From positions 3,392,001 to 3,456,000 of the forward strand of contig OY970296.1 of NCBI GenBank assembly GCA_963716175.1: a DNA stretch of 64,000 nucleotides. The letters run 5' to 3'. The notes under the pieces were generated by a model. The model did not search any database. It was not told where the DNA came from and was given only the letters and a program-made list of their open reading frames with translations. Below, piece after piece: positions 19,744 to 29,751 of the stretch. Each line of letters begins with the position of its first letter. Position 1 is the stretch's first letter. The position numbers and the translations under genes were made by a program. This stretch comes from an uncultured Armatimonadetes bacterium (GTDB taxonomy: Bacteria > Armatimonadota > Hebobacteria > Hebobacterales > Hebobacteraceae).

Positions 19744-20384
19744 CGCTGCGGGTGGGCAAGGGGAGGGGGCGAGGGCTGCTGGTGGTGCTATCCGGCCCAT
19801 CGGGGGTGGGGAAAGGAACGGTGGTCTCGCGCGCCATGTCCGGTAGAGGGAGGGCGGCGGCGCGGCTGCGGCGCTCGGTATCGGTCACCACGCGGGCGAA
19901 GCGGGCGGAGGAGCAGGAGGGAAAGGACTACTTCTTCGTCTCGCCCGAGGAGTTCCAGAGATTGGCCACGGCGGGGGAACTGCTGGAGTGGGCGACCTAC
20001 CTGGACCATCGCTATGGCACGCCGCGGGAGTGGGTGGACCAGCAACTGGCGGCGGGATACGATGTGGTGCTCGAGATCGAGGTGGCGGGCGCGATGCAGG
20101 TGCGAGAGCGGCGCCCCGAGGCCGTGCTGATCTACATGCTTCCTCCCTCTCGGGCTGCGCTGCGGCGGCGGCTGGCGCGACGCAGAAGCGAGAGCCCAGA
20201 GCTGCAGCAGCGGCGCCTGGAAGTGGCGCAGCGGGAGATGGCTTGGGTTCCCAGGTATGACTACGTAATCATGAATGGCCGCGTGGGCGAGGCGGCGCGG
20301 CTGCTGCTGGCCATCCTGGAGACGGAGCGATGTCGGGTGGGGAGAGCGGGGGTTGATCCCTTGCTCGAGGTGAGCGGTGGCTGA
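19740..20384 (+). CDS. gmk: Guanylate kinase
   Basis: VLSGPSGVGKGT, SVSVTTR, GKDYFFVS, YGTP, LEIEVAGA. Confidence 0.96.
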   Translation: MTLRVGKGRGRGLLVVLSGPSGVGKGTVVSRAMSGRGRAAARLRRSVSVTTRAKRAEEQEGKDYFFVSPEEFQRLATAGELLEWATYLDHRYGTPREWVDQQLAAGYDVVLEIEVAGAMQVRERRPEAVLIYMLPPSRAALRRRLARRRSESPELQQRRLEVAQREMAWVPRYDYVIMNGRVGEAARLLLAILETERCRVGRAGVDPLLEVSGG

Positions 20385-21612
20385 ACGCTTGGACGGGAAG
20401 ATCATCGTGCTGGGGATCACCGGCAGCATCGCCGCCTACAAAGGGGCGGAGGTGGCAAGGCGCCTGATGGACCTGGGCGCCGAGGTCCACGTCACGCTCA
20501 CGCGGGCGGGAGCGCAGTTCATCACCCCGCTCACTCTGCGCACCCTCACCGGCCATCCGGTGATAGTGGACATGTTCGAGGACCCGACCGAGTGGCAGGT
20601 CGAGCACGTGTCGCTGGCCAAGCGCGCGGCCGCCATCGTAGTGGCCCCGGCGAGCGCGGACGCGATAGCAAAGCTGGCCCTGGGAATGGGGGACGAGTTT
20701 ATCTACGCGGTGGCGCTGGCGGCGCGGGCGCCGCTGGTGATCGCGCCGGCGATGGAGAGCAATATGCTCTCCCATCCCGCCACCCAGGAGCATGTGAGGC
20801 TGCTGCGGGCGCGGGGCGCCTATTTCGTGGAGCCAGAGAGCGGGCGGCTCGCCTCCGGCGCGGTGGGGCCGGGCCGGCTGGCGCCGCCAGAGATGATCGC
20901 TTCCGCGGTGGCGGCGCTGCTGGCGCCCGGCGACCTGAGCGGGGTCCAGGTGCTGGTGACGGCCGGGCCTACGCGGGAGCCAGTGGACGCGGTGCGCTAC
21001 CTGTCGAATCGCTCCAGCGGCAAGATGGGATATGCACTGGCGGCGGCCGCGGTGCGGCGGGGGGCGCAGGTCAGCCTGATCTCTGGGCCCACCTCTCTCC
21101 TGGAGCCGACCGGCTGCGAGGTGGTGCGGGTGGAGAGGGCCTCCGAGATGCGAGAGGAGGTGCGGCGGCGCTTCCCCGACTGTGACGTGTTGATCGCGGC
21201 GGCGGCGGTGGCCGATTTTGCGCCCGCCCAGGCATCGGAAGGCAAGGTGAAGAAGAAGAGCATGCCGATGCAGCTCGAACTGCGCCCGACCCCGGATATA
21301 CTGGCGGAGTGCGGCCGCGCCAGGAAGCCCCGCCAGCTGCTGGTGGGGTTCGCCGCCGAGACCGAGGAGCTGCTGGCCAACGCCAGGGCGAAGCTGAAGT
21401 CGAAGCGATTGGACCTGATGGTGGCGAATGATGTCTCCCGCGCTGGAGTCGGCATGGGTTCCGAGCGCAATGCCGGCTACCTGCTGTTCGCCGACGGGGG
21501 AGAGATAGAGCTGCCGGAGATGGAGAAGTCGGCCTTCGCCGAGCGCGTGCTGGACGCAGTGGTGGAGGCGCGCAAAAAGAAAGAGAGGAGAAAGCCGAGA
21601 GCAGAGAGGTGA
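20377..21612 (+). CDS. coaBC: Phosphopantothenoylcysteine decarboxylase/ligase
   Basis: GITGSIAAYK, APAMESNM, VTAGPTREPVDAVRYLSNRSSGKMG, VGFAAET. Confidence 0.96.
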   Translation: MAERLDGKIIVLGITGSIAAYKGAEVARRLMDLGAEVHVTLTRAGAQFITPLTLRTLTGHPVIVDMFEDPTEWQVEHVSLAKRAAAIVVAPASADAIAKLALGMGDEFIYAVALAARAPLVIAPAMESNMLSHPATQEHVRLLRARGAYFVEPESGRLASGAVGPGRLAPPEMIASAVAALLAPGDLSGVQVLVTAGPTREPVDAVRYLSNRSSGKMGYALAAAAVRRGAQVSLISGPTSLLEPTGCEVVRVERASEMREEVRRRFPDCDVLIAAAAVADFAPAQASEGKVKKKSMPMQLELRPTPDILAECGRARKPRQLLVGFAAETEELLANARAKLKSKRLDLMVANDVSRAGVGMGSERNAGYLLFADGGEIELPEMEKSAFAERVLDAVVEARKKKERRKPRAER

Positions 21613-21675
21613 AAGCCAGGGCAGTGCCCTCTACTGTCTCCTCTCCCCTCTCGACTCTCTAGTGAGGACAACCGA

Positions 21676-22824
21676 ATGCCGTCTGACAGCTACCTGTTCA
21701 CGTCTGAGTCCGTGACCGAGGGCCACCCCGACAAGATGGCCGACCAGATCTCGGATGCCGTGCTCGACGCGCTGCTGACGCAGGACCCGAACAGCCGAGT
21801 GGCCTGCGAGACTCTGATCACCACGGGGCTGGTGATCGTGGCCGGGGAGGTGACCACTCGGGGATATGTGGACATACCATCGGTGGTGCGGGGGACGATC
21901 CAGGAGATCGGCTATACCCGGGCCAAGTTCGGGTTCGACTCCGAGGTGTCCGGGGTGCTGACCGCGATCCAGGAGCAGTCCTGCGATATCGCCATGGGCG
22001 TGGATATCGGGGGCGCGGGCGACCAGGGGATGATGTTCGGATATGCGGTGAATGAGACCCCGGAGCTGATGCCGATGCCCATCATGCTGGCGCACCGGCT
22101 GGCGCGGCGGCTGGCGGAGATGCGCCGCCTGGGCGAGGTGGACTACCTGCGCCCGGATGGGAAGAGTCAGGTTACGGTGGTGTATGCGAGCGGCCGGCCG
22201 GTCTACCTGAGCAAGATCGTGGTCGCCGCGCATCACCGGCCGGATGTGGATCACGAGCACATCCGGGGGGACATCATCGAGCGGGTAATCCAGGCGGTGT
22301 GCCCGGAGGAGATGATGGACGAGGACACCGAGATTCTGGTGAACCCGACCGGCAGCTTCGAGCGGGGCGGGCCGCTGGCCGACACCGGCCTGACCGGTCG
22401 CAAGATCATCGTTGACACCTATGGGGGAATGGCGCGGCACGGAGGTGGGAGCTTCTCGGGCAAGGACGCCACGAAAGTGGACCGCTCGGCGAGCTACATG
22501 ATGCGCTACGTGGCGAAAAACATCGTGGCCGCGGGCCTGGCGGACCGAGTGGAGACCCAGGTGGCCTATGCCATCGGGCGGGCTGATCCCATGGGCTTCT
22601 GGGTGGACACCTTCGGCACCGGACAGATGGAGGACGAGCGCCTGGCCGAGCTCTGCCTGGAGCTGTTCGATTTCCGCCCCCGCGCCATCATTGACAAGCT
22701 GGAGCTGCGCAGGCCCCAGTTCCGCCAGGTGGCGGCCTACGGCCACTTCGGTCGGGTTGACCTCCCGGTGCTGTGGGAGGTCACGGATATGGCCGACAAG
22801 CTGCGGCGGGCGGCCGGCTGCTAG
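21676..22824 (+). CDS. metK: S-adenosylmethionine synthetase
   Basis: [43 protein letters not shown]. Confidence 0.98.
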   Translation: MPSDSYLFTSESVTEGHPDKMADQISDAVLDALLTQDPNSRVACETLITTGLVIVAGEVTTRGYVDIPSVVRGTIQEIGYTRAKFGFDSEVSGVLTAIQEQSCDIAMGVDIGGAGDQGMMFGYAVNETPELMPMPIMLAHRLARRLAEMRRLGEVDYLRPDGKSQVTVVYASGRPVYLSKIVVAAHHRPDVDHEHIRGDIIERVIQAVCPEEMMDEDTEILVNPTGSFERGGPLADTGLTGRKIIVDTYGGMARHGGGSFSGKDATKVDRSASYMMRYVAKNIVAAGLADRVETQVAYAIGRADPMGFWVDTFGTGQMEDERLAELCLELFDFRPRAIIDKLELRRPQFRQVAAYGHFGRVDLPVLWEVTDMADKLRRAAGC

Positions 22825-22888
22825 CCCCTGTAGGGTGCCGATGTGGCCGGCGGGCATGCGAACTGCATGCATACCCGCCCTTCAGGGG
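22825..22888. repeat. Intergenic REP (GGCGGGCATG family) with an inverted GTAG arm
   Basis: CCCCTGTAGGG...GGCGGGCATGCGAACTGCATGCATACCCGCCCTTCAGGGG; close to the copy at 27740-27775. Confidence 0.75.
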
Positions 22889-22893
22889 TATCC

Positions 22894-25347
22894 ATGTGCC
22901 ACTACGTAGACGTGCTCCCCGATCCGGGGCGCGCGCTCAGCCAGCTCTTCACTTACCAGGTGCCGGAGGCGCTGAGGCCGGGGATGCGAGTCGGCCTGCA
23001 AGTGCTCGTCCCGTTTGGCCCTCGCGAGGTGGTGGGCGTGGTGGCGGCGGTGCGGGAGGAAAGCGAGCGAGGGGACCTCAAGAGCGTCGAGGCCGTGCTG
23101 GACGCGCCGGCCCTGGCCGAAGACGCGCTGCCTCTGGCGCGCTGGATCGCGGACCACTATCTGTGTGAGCTGGGGGAGGCGCTCCGGCCTTTCCTGCCGC
23201 AAGGCACCACCTATCGCATCAACCGGCACTTCGCCCTCACTGGCGAGACCATCCCCGAGGCGGTGCGCAAGCATGCCGACGCCGGGGCGGTCGTCCGGCA
23301 CCTGGAAACAGAGCCCGGCGACGTGAGCCTGGGCGCGCTGCGGCGGGTATGCAGAGACATGCCCGCCCTACAACGGGCGCTGCGACTGCTCAAGTCTCGG
23401 AACCTGATCGCGGAGCGGGCCTCTCTGCGGCCACCGGAGGCGAAGGCCCGCCAGGTGCGCGTGGTGGAGCTGGCGGCGGGCCCAGAGGAGGTGACCCGAT
23501 ACTGTGAGGCCAGGGCGCGGCGGGCGCCAGCGCGAGCAGCGGCCTTGAAGGCGGCCCTGGAGTCGGCGGGCATAGGCATGCCCGCCCTACAGCCGGCCGA
23601 GCTGGCGGCGCGAGCGGGAGTCAATGTGGCGGTGGTGCGGGCGCTGGTAAAGGAAGGGTTGCTGCGGGTGGGCTGGAGGGCAGTGCGCCGAGTGCCGTGG
23701 CCGGAAGCGGTCGGCGCGCCCTCGCCTGGAGGACCGGGCTCCCACAGGTTGACCGCGGATCAGAGCGCGGCGGTGCAGGCCATCGGCGAGGCCGTGGAGG
23801 CGGGGAGGTGGGAGTCGTTCCTGCTCTATGGCGTCACCGCCAGCGGGAAGACCGAAGTCTACCTCCAGGTGCTGGAACGAGTGCTGGCCCGGGGCCGCCA
23901 GGCGATCGTGCTGATGCCGGAGATCTCGCTTACCGCGCAGGCGATCGGCATCTACCGGGCGCGCTTCGGCGACCGGGTGGCGCTTCTGCACAGCGGCCTG
24001 TCGCTGGGCGAGCGCTGGGACGAGTGGCAGCGGATTCGCGCAGGAGAGGCGCCGGTGGTGATCGGGGCCCGTTCGGCCCTGTTCGCGCCCGCGCCGGCGC
24101 TGGGGCTGGTGGTGGTGGACGAGGAGCATGAGACCTCGTATAAGCAGGAGCAGGCGCCCCGCTACCACGCCCGTGATCTGGCGCTGAAGCGGGGAGAAGT
24201 GAGCGGCTGCCCGGTGGTGCTGGCCAGCGCCACGCCTGCGCTCGAGTCCTTCTACGCGGCGGAGATGGGCCGCCATCACCTGCTCCGGCTGCCCACCCGG
24301 GTGGAGGAGAGACCTCTGCCTTCGGTGCGAGTGGTGGATAGCCGCAAGGCGCGGCCAGGACCGGCCATCCTATCGGCACCTCTGCGCCAAGCGATCGCCT
24401 CCCGCCTCCGCCTGGGCGAACAGGTGATCCTCTTCCTCAACCGGCGCGGATATGCCACCTTCCTGCTGTGCCCGGCCTGCGGCGAGGCGGTGCGCTGTCC
24501 GGACTGCGGGGTCTCCCTCACCTACCACCGGGGGGAGCAGCAGGTCCGCTGCCACCACTGCGGGCTGGCGCGCCGCGCGCCCAGCGTGTGCCCGCGCTGC
24601 GGAGGGCACAACATCCGGTTCTCGGGGTTCGGCACGGAGCGAGTGGAGAAGGAACTGGCGGCGATCTTTCCGCAGGCGGCGAGCGGGCGGCTGGACCGGG
24701 ACACCACCGCGCGGCGGGGATCGCACGTGCGCATTGTCGGGCGGTTCAGAGCTGCGGAGACGAGTATCCTGATCGGCACCCAGATGGTGGCGAAAGGCTT
24801 TGACTTCCCGGGCGTGACGCTGGTGGGAGTGATCTCGGCGGACACCGCCCTGAATCTCCCTGACTTCCGCGCGGCGGAGCGCACCTTTCAGCTTCTCACC
24901 CAGGTCTCCGGGCGCTCCGGCCGCGGGGAGAAGGAGGGCGAGGTGGTGATCCAGACCTTCCGTCCGGACCATTACAGCGTGGCGGCGGCGGCGCGGCAGG
25001 ACTACGAGGAGTTCTACCGGCAGGAGATCGAGACCCGGCGGGAGCTAAACTACCCTCCTTTCTCGCAGCTCGCCAACCTCGTGGTGAGCGGGGAGGATGA
25101 GGGCGAGGTGCAGAGACGGGCGGAGAAGCTGGCCGAGGAGATTCGGGCGCGCGCGGCCGAAGGAGTGGAGGTGCTGGGGCCGGCGGCGGCGCCGATTGCC
25201 AGGCTGCGGGGGAAGCATCGCTGGCATCTGCTGGTGAGGGCGCGGCCAGGCGAGCTTTCACCCAGACTGCGCGCCGCCCTGGCCGGCCTGGGCGACCGGG
25301 CGGCGACGGGTGTAACCGTGGATGTGGACCCGGTATCACTGATGTGA
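22894..25347 (+). CDS. priA: Primosomal protein N' (PriA helicase)
   Basis: GVTASGKTEVY, VDEEHE, LASATP, Cys-rich zinc region, GTQMVAKG, QVSGRSGR. Confidence 0.97.
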   Translation: MCHYVDVLPDPGRALSQLFTYQVPEALRPGMRVGLQVLVPFGPREVVGVVAAVREESERGDLKSVEAVLDAPALAEDALPLARWIADHYLCELGEALRPFLPQGTTYRINRHFALTGETIPEAVRKHADAGAVVRHLETEPGDVSLGALRRVCRDMPALQRALRLLKSRNLIAERASLRPPEAKARQVRVVELAAGPEEVTRYCEARARRAPARAAALKAALESAGIGMPALQPAELAARAGVNVAVVRALVKEGLLRVGWRAVRRVPWPEAVGAPSPGGPGSHRLTADQSAAVQAIGEAVEAGRWESFLLYGVTASGKTEVYLQVLERVLARGRQAIVLMPEISLTAQAIGIYRARFGDRVALLHSGLSLGERWDEWQRIRAGEAPVVIGARSALFAPAPALGLVVVDEEHETSYKQEQAPRYHARDLALKRGEVSGCPVVLASATPALESFYAAEMGRHHLLRLPTRVEERPLPSVRVVDSRKARPGPAILSAPLRQAIASRLRLGEQVILFLNRRGYATFLLCPACGEAVRCPDCGVSLTYHRGEQQVRCHHCGLARRAPSVCPRCGGHNIRFSGFGTERVEKELAAIFPQAASGRLDRDTTARRGSHVRIVGRFRAAETSILIGTQMVAKGFDFPGVTLVGVISADTALNLPDFRAAERTFQLLTQVSGRSGRGEKEGEVVIQTFRPDHYSVAAAARQDYEEFYRQEIETRRELNYPPFSQLANLVVSGEDEGEVQRRAEKLAEEIRARAAEGVEVLGPAAAPIARLRGKHRWHLLVRARPGELSPRLRAALAGLGDRAATGVTVDVDPVSLM
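23342..23372. repeat. In-frame REP in priA (copy 1)
   Basis: GGCGGGTATGCAGAGACATGCCCGCCCTACA encodes [10 protein letters not shown]. Confidence 0.85.
23565..23591. repeat. In-frame REP in priA (copy 2)
   Basis: GGCGGGCATAGGCATGCCCGCCCTACA encodes AGIGMPALQ. Confidence 0.85.
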
Positions 25348-25473
25348 TAGACTCCGATTGAGTAGTCTGCTGGTTCCCGGTATCATGTAGCGCCTCCCAC
25401 GAAGGCAATCGGGGCTGAGCCAGTGCTGGAAAAGTGCAGAATCGAACACAGCGGGGTGTGGTCAGGAGGTAGG

Positions 25474-25740
25474 ATGGCAATACATAACAAGCAGGCAACC
25501 TACAAGCAGATTCAGGAGTACGTTCGGCCGCGATACCGTTTTGTTCCGAAGACATGTTGGATCGCGCACGTCAAGGAACTGTGCGGCCTGCCCGTCAGGA
25601 AAGCTCCCAACCGGATGAACGGCCAAGAACGTAAGCATCCATGCCCGGAGGGAAAACGATTGCCGATCTGGGATGCCCTGCGTGACTTGAACCCCTATCT
25701 GCATATTAACAGACTACCTCAGATTCGCGATGGTGGATAA
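25474..25740 (+). CDS. Small hypothetical protein on a lower-GC insert
   Basis: SD AGGAGGT; ATYKQIQEYV...KTCWIAHVKELCGL...PCPEGKR..IWDALR. From memory, resembles a small domain appended to some RlmD-like proteins. Confidence 0.7.
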   Translation: MAIHNKQATYKQIQEYVRPRYRFVPKTCWIAHVKELCGLPVRKAPNRMNGQERKHPCPEGKRLPIWDALRDLNPYLHINRLPQIRDGG

Positions 25741-26293
25741 GCCCAACGAACTTGAAATCGTGCAATACGGCCATCCCGCCCTGCGCCGACGCGTGGCCCG
25801 GGTGGGCCGGATCACGGCTGATGTGAAGGCCCTGGTGCAGCAGATGGTGGAGGTGATGCATCAGGCGAGGGGCCTGGGCCTGGCTGCGAACCAGCTCGGG
25901 ATCGCGCGGCAGGTGGCGGTGGTGGAGATAGACGGGAAGGTGACCCCGCTGGTAGATCCCGAGATCGTCAGCGTGAAGGGAGAGGAGGCCTCGGAGGAGG
26001 GATGCCTGAGTCTGCCCCGCCTCTACGGCGTCGTCTCCAGGCCGACTCAGGTGGTGGTGAGGGCCCGCGATCTGTCGGGGAAACGCATCAAGATCAAGGC
26101 CGAGGGTTTGCTGGCGCGGGCCCTGATGCACGAGCTCGATCATCTCAACGGGCAGCTCTTCATTGACCGGGTGGATCGGTCCACCCTGCACTGGTCGATC
26201 CGCACCGGCGAAGATGGGGAACTGGTGATCCAACCGACGACACTGGAGGAGGCACTGAAGGTCTTCGCTTCGGCCAGGCGCGGGGACCAGTAG
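25730..26293 (+). CDS. def: Peptide deformylase
   Basis: GLGLAANQLG, EGCLSLP, HELDHLNG. Confidence 0.97.
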   Translation: MVDKPNELEIVQYGHPALRRRVARVGRITADVKALVQQMVEVMHQARGLGLAANQLGIARQVAVVEIDGKVTPLVDPEIVSVKGEEASEEGCLSLPRLYGVVSRPTQVVVRARDLSGKRIKIKAEGLLARALMHELDHLNGQLFIDRVDRSTLHWSIRTGEDGELVIQPTTLEEALKVFASARRGDQ

Positions 26294-27244
26294 GTGGCGG
26301 GGCTTCGTCTTCTGCTGCTGGCGACGGCCGAGTTCTCGGCTGCCACTCTCTCTGCTCTGTCGAAAGGTCCGGACGACGTGTTGGGGGTGGTGACGTGCCC
26401 CGACCGGCCGGCGGGGCGAGGCCGCAGGCTGCGCGTGCCACCGATGAAGCTGGCGGCCCAGGAGCTGGGGCTCCCCGTGTTCCAACCGCAGCGGGTAAGT
26501 AGCCCGGCGGGGCTGGAGCTGCTGCGGAGCCTGGCGCCGGGCGTGCTTTTTGTGGTCGCCTTTGGCGAGGTGCTGAGCGAGGCCGTGCTGGCCGTCCCTC
26601 GCCTGGGCGCGATCAACCTGCATGCCTCCCTGCTTCCCCGCTACCGAGGCGCCGCGCCCATCCAGCGTGCGCTGCTGGCCGGCGAGACCATGACCGGAGT
26701 CAGCGTGCAGTGGATGGTGAAGGAGCTGGACGCGGGGGACATTCTGCTGCAGCGCGCGCTGAGCGTCGGCGAGGAGGAGGACTTCGGCTCGCTGCACGAT
26801 TGGCTGGCCCAGCTTGGGGCTGACGCGGCGGTGGAGGCGGTCGCGCTGCTGCGGAGAGGAGAGGCGCCGCGCCAGCGGCAGGACCCGGAGCAGGCCAGCT
26901 ATGCGCCCCCGATCAGGCGAGAGGAGCTGGTGGTTGATTGGCGGCGACCGGCGAATGAGATCGCCCGGCAAGTTAGGGGCTTCTCTCCCAGGCCGGGCGC
27001 GCGCACCAGCCGCGGGGGCAAGCTGCTCAAGCTGCTGGCTGTGCGTGAGGTGGGAATAGAGGGGCAGGAGAGAGGAATGCCCGGTTGCGTCACCGAATTG
27101 ACCGGCGAAGGATTCTGGGTAGGGGCTGGAGAAGGGCGGCTGTTGATCCTGCGGGTTCAGCCAGAAGGGGGGCGGGTGCTCTCTGGGGGCGAGTACGCGC
27201 AAGGCTATCGCCTGGAGCAGGGCGAGGTGCTGGGCACGGTGTGA
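26294..27244 (+). CDS. fmt: Methionyl-tRNA formyltransferase
   Basis: VVTCPDRPAGRG, INLHASLLPRYRGAAPIQ, LDAGDI. Confidence 0.96.
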   Translation: MAGLRLLLLATAEFSAATLSALSKGPDDVLGVVTCPDRPAGRGRRLRVPPMKLAAQELGLPVFQPQRVSSPAGLELLRSLAPGVLFVVAFGEVLSEAVLAVPRLGAINLHASLLPRYRGAAPIQRALLAGETMTGVSVQWMVKELDAGDILLQRALSVGEEEDFGSLHDWLAQLGADAAVEAVALLRRGEAPRQRQDPEQASYAPPIRREELVVDWRRPANEIARQVRGFSPRPGARTSRGGKLLKLLAVREVGIEGQERGMPGCVTELTGEGFWVGAGEGRLLILRVQPEGGRVLSGGEYAQGYRLEQGEVLGTV

Positions 27245-27300
27245 AGGTCTCCGGGCGCTTGAGCCGGGCTGGGAGCAGCGGTAGGGAGGAGACGCCGGGA

Positions 27301-27672
27301 GTGGGATCAGGCGAGGCCGGCAATCTGGAGCAGCAGTGCGACCAGGCCATGGAGCTGAAGAACCAGGGCCGGTATGAGGAGGCCGTGGCGGAGTTCCAGG
27401 CCGTGCTCAACTCCAGACCAGATCATGCCCGCGCTCACCTGGGGCTGGGGCTGGTGTACTGCTTCATCGGCATGTTCGACGAATCCCTGGAGGAGCTGAA
27501 GCGGGCGGTGGAGTGCGACTTCAACTGGGTGGATGCCCACCTCAACCTGGCTAAGACCTACGCCATGCTGGGCATGTACGATGAGGCCCGGGTCGAGTTC
27601 AACCAGGTGCTCGCCCTCCATCCCGGGCACCCCGAGGCGAAGAAGCAGTTGAGCTATTTCGACAAGGCGTAA
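27301..27672 (+). CDS. Tetratricopeptide repeat protein
   Basis: Three TPR-like units (AHLGLGLVY, AHLNLAKTY); SD GGGAGGAG. Confidence 0.85.
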   Translation: MGSGEAGNLEQQCDQAMELKNQGRYEEAVAEFQAVLNSRPDHARAHLGLGLVYCFIGMFDESLEELKRAVECDFNWVDAHLNLAKTYAMLGMYDEARVEFNQVLALHPGHPEAKKQLSYFDKA

Positions 27673-27739
27673 CGGGCGGCTGGGGATCAGCGGGCGGGGT
27701 AGCCCATTGCCTCTGCGTCTCAGCGGTGAATGACATTTC

Positions 27740-27775
27740 GGCGGGCATGCAGACTGCACGCATGCCCGCCCTACA
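27740..27775. repeat. Intergenic REP (GGCGGGCATG family)
   Basis: GGCGGGCATGC-AGACTGCAC-GCATGCCCGCC-CTACA, perfect 11-bp stem plus CTAC foot. Confidence 0.85.
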
Positions 27776-27789
27776 GCACCTGGGGCCGA

Positions 27790-27818
27790 GTGACGTTCGC
27801 TGGGAAATGTAGTATACT
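27790..27818 (+). promoter_or_regulatory. Promoter GTGACG-17-TATACT, probably giving a leaderless mRNA
   Basis: The -10 ends 7 nt before ATG 27826 and there is no SD. Confidence 0.55.
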
Positions 27819-27825
27819 CGCCCGG

Positions 27826-29679
27826 ATGATGGCCCAATTCACCGTCAAGTTCCTGCCCACGGGCCGTTCGGTCGCAGCTCCGGAGCAGACAAGTCTCCTC
27901 GAAGCTGCGGCCACGGCCGGTCTGCCCTTGCATGCCCCCTGCGGAGGGCAAGGGCGCTGCGGGAAGTGCGCGGTTCGCGTCACCGCGGGCGCCGGCGAAC
28001 CGACCGCAGCCGAGACCCGGCTGTTCAGCCCGGAGGAGTTGGCCCAGGGCTGGCGGCTGGCCTGCCAGACGCGGATCTCGCGCGATCTGGGGGTGGAGGT
28101 GCCGACCTCGGCGGTAATCGTCGCGCACCGCATTCAAGTGGAGGGCGTGGGGCGCGAGGTGGTGGTGGAGCCGAATGTGGAGAAGGTGGCGCTCCGCCTG
28201 CCGCCGCCCTCTACAGACGACGCGCGGGATGACCTCAGCCGGCTGCTGGATGCCCTGGGCAAGAAGGCATCTCCGCCGCAGGCGCTACGGACCCTGAGGG
28301 AGCTGCCCGCCTTGCTCCGCGGGTCAGGCTATCACGTCACCGCGGTGATGACGGGAGGAGCGGTGACCGCGGTGGAGCCCGGCGACACCGGGGATGGCGC
28401 CTACGGGGTGGCGGTTGATATCGGCACCACAACCGTGGTGGTCTATCTCTGTCACCTACCCACAGGCAAGCTGGCGGCGGTGGCCTCCGAAGTGAACCCG
28501 CAGACCCAGTACGGCGAAGACGTGATCTCGCGGCTGCAACTCGCCGTGTCCGGCGAGGAGGGGCTGGCGCGGCTGCACGGCGCCGTCACCGGGGCGATTG
28601 ACGAGCTCATCGGCCGCGCCGCGGGCGAAGCCGGCATTCCGCGGGGCAGCATTTACGAGATCGTGGTGGTCGGCAATACCTGTATGGGCCACCTGCTGCT
28701 GGGGCTGGAGCCGGTGGGCCTGGTGCGGCTGCCCTTCGTGCCCATCTTCAGGAACGCGCAGACGGTGCGGGCGGCAGATCTGGGCATCGAGATCCACCCG
28801 GATGGGCAAGTCTATGTGGCGCCCAACATCGGCGGCTACGTGGGGGCGGACACAGTGGGAGTGATCCTGGCGAGCGAGCTCGACCAGAGTGACGGGCTGC
28901 GGGTGGCGGTGGATATCGGGACCAATGGCGAGATCGTGGTGGCGCAGGAGGGTGAGCTGTGGGCCTGCTCGACAGCGGCGGGGCCGGCTTTCGAGGGAGC
29001 CAGGATCAGCCGGGGGATGCGGGCGGCCACCGGGGCGATCGATCAGGTCTCTCTGGATGGCGATGTCAGCTATCATGTCATCGGCGGAGTGGCTCCCGTG
29101 GGGATCTGTGGGTCGGGGTTGGTGGATGCGGTGGCAGAGCTGGTGAGGGTGGGGGTGGTGGAGGAGAGCGGGCGCCTGCGGAGGCGAGAGGAGGTTGGCG
29201 GGGCCCCGGAGAAGGTGAGGCGGCGCCTGGTCGAGAATGGGGGAGGCCTGGAATTCGTGGTGGCCTCGGCCCAGGAGTCGGGCAGCGGCCGGCCGGTCAC
29301 GATTACGGCGCGGGACATCCGTGAGGGCCAGCTGGCGAAGGGTGCGATCTATGCCGGGATCGAGCTGGTGCTGGAGTCCCTGGGGCGAAGGCCCGAGGAG
29401 ATCGAGAGGCTGCTGCTGGCGGGGGCGTTCGGCAATTACATCAAGCGAGAGAGCGCGGTGGCGATAGGGCTGGTGCCCGCGCTGCCTGCCGAGCGGATCG
29501 TGTCCATCGGCAACGCGGCCGGGCTGGGGGCGCGGTTGGCGCTGTGCTCGGTGTCGCTGCGCCGCCGGGCGGAGGAGATCGCGCGGCGGGTGCATCACGT
29601 GGAGCTGTCGGAGCAGGATGGCTTCTACGATCATTTTGCGGAGGCGATGGCGCTGCGGCCCCTGCCGCGGGCGAGGTGA
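27826..29679 (+). CDS. ASKHA-domain ATP-dependent reductive activator of corrinoid proteins (RACo/RamA family) with an N-terminal [2Fe-2S] domain
   Basis: CGGQGRCGKC...RLACQ, DIGTTTV, DIGTNGE, AGPAFEG, GICGSG, LAGAFG, GNAA. Confidence 0.93.
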   Translation: MMAQFTVKFLPTGRSVAAPEQTSLLEAAATAGLPLHAPCGGQGRCGKCAVRVTAGAGEPTAAETRLFSPEELAQGWRLACQTRISRDLGVEVPTSAVIVAHRIQVEGVGREVVVEPNVEKVALRLPPPSTDDARDDLSRLLDALGKKASPPQALRTLRELPALLRGSGYHVTAVMTGGAVTAVEPGDTGDGAYGVAVDIGTTTVVVYLCHLPTGKLAAVASEVNPQTQYGEDVISRLQLAVSGEEGLARLHGAVTGAIDELIGRAAGEAGIPRGSIYEIVVVGNTCMGHLLLGLEPVGLVRLPFVPIFRNAQTVRAADLGIEIHPDGQVYVAPNIGGYVGADTVGVILASELDQSDGLRVAVDIGTNGEIVVAQEGELWACSTAAGPAFEGARISRGMRAATGAIDQVSLDGDVSYHVIGGVAPVGICGSGLVDAVAELVRVGVVEESGRLRRREEVGGAPEKVRRRLVENGGGLEFVVASAQESGSGRPVTITARDIREGQLAKGAIYAGIELVLESLGRRPEEIERLLLAGAFGNYIKRESAVAIGLVPALPAERIVSIGNAAGLGARLALCSVSLRRRAEEIARRVHHVELSEQDGFYDHFAEAMALRPLPRAR

Positions 29680-29751
29680 TCCGGGCGGGTGAGCGAGCGA
29701 GAGATAGCGCTGCTGGCGTGCAGGGAACGAGTCTGAGATCAAGGAGGAGCG

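Noticed and set aside
21613-21675. SAM riboswitch upstream of metK
   Set aside because: The gap is only ~60 nt of pyrimidine-rich sequence with no S-box consensus.
27673-27825. Cobalamin riboswitch upstream of the corrinoid activator
   Set aside because: A GGGAA is present but there is no B12 box; the region is explained by two repeats and a promoter.
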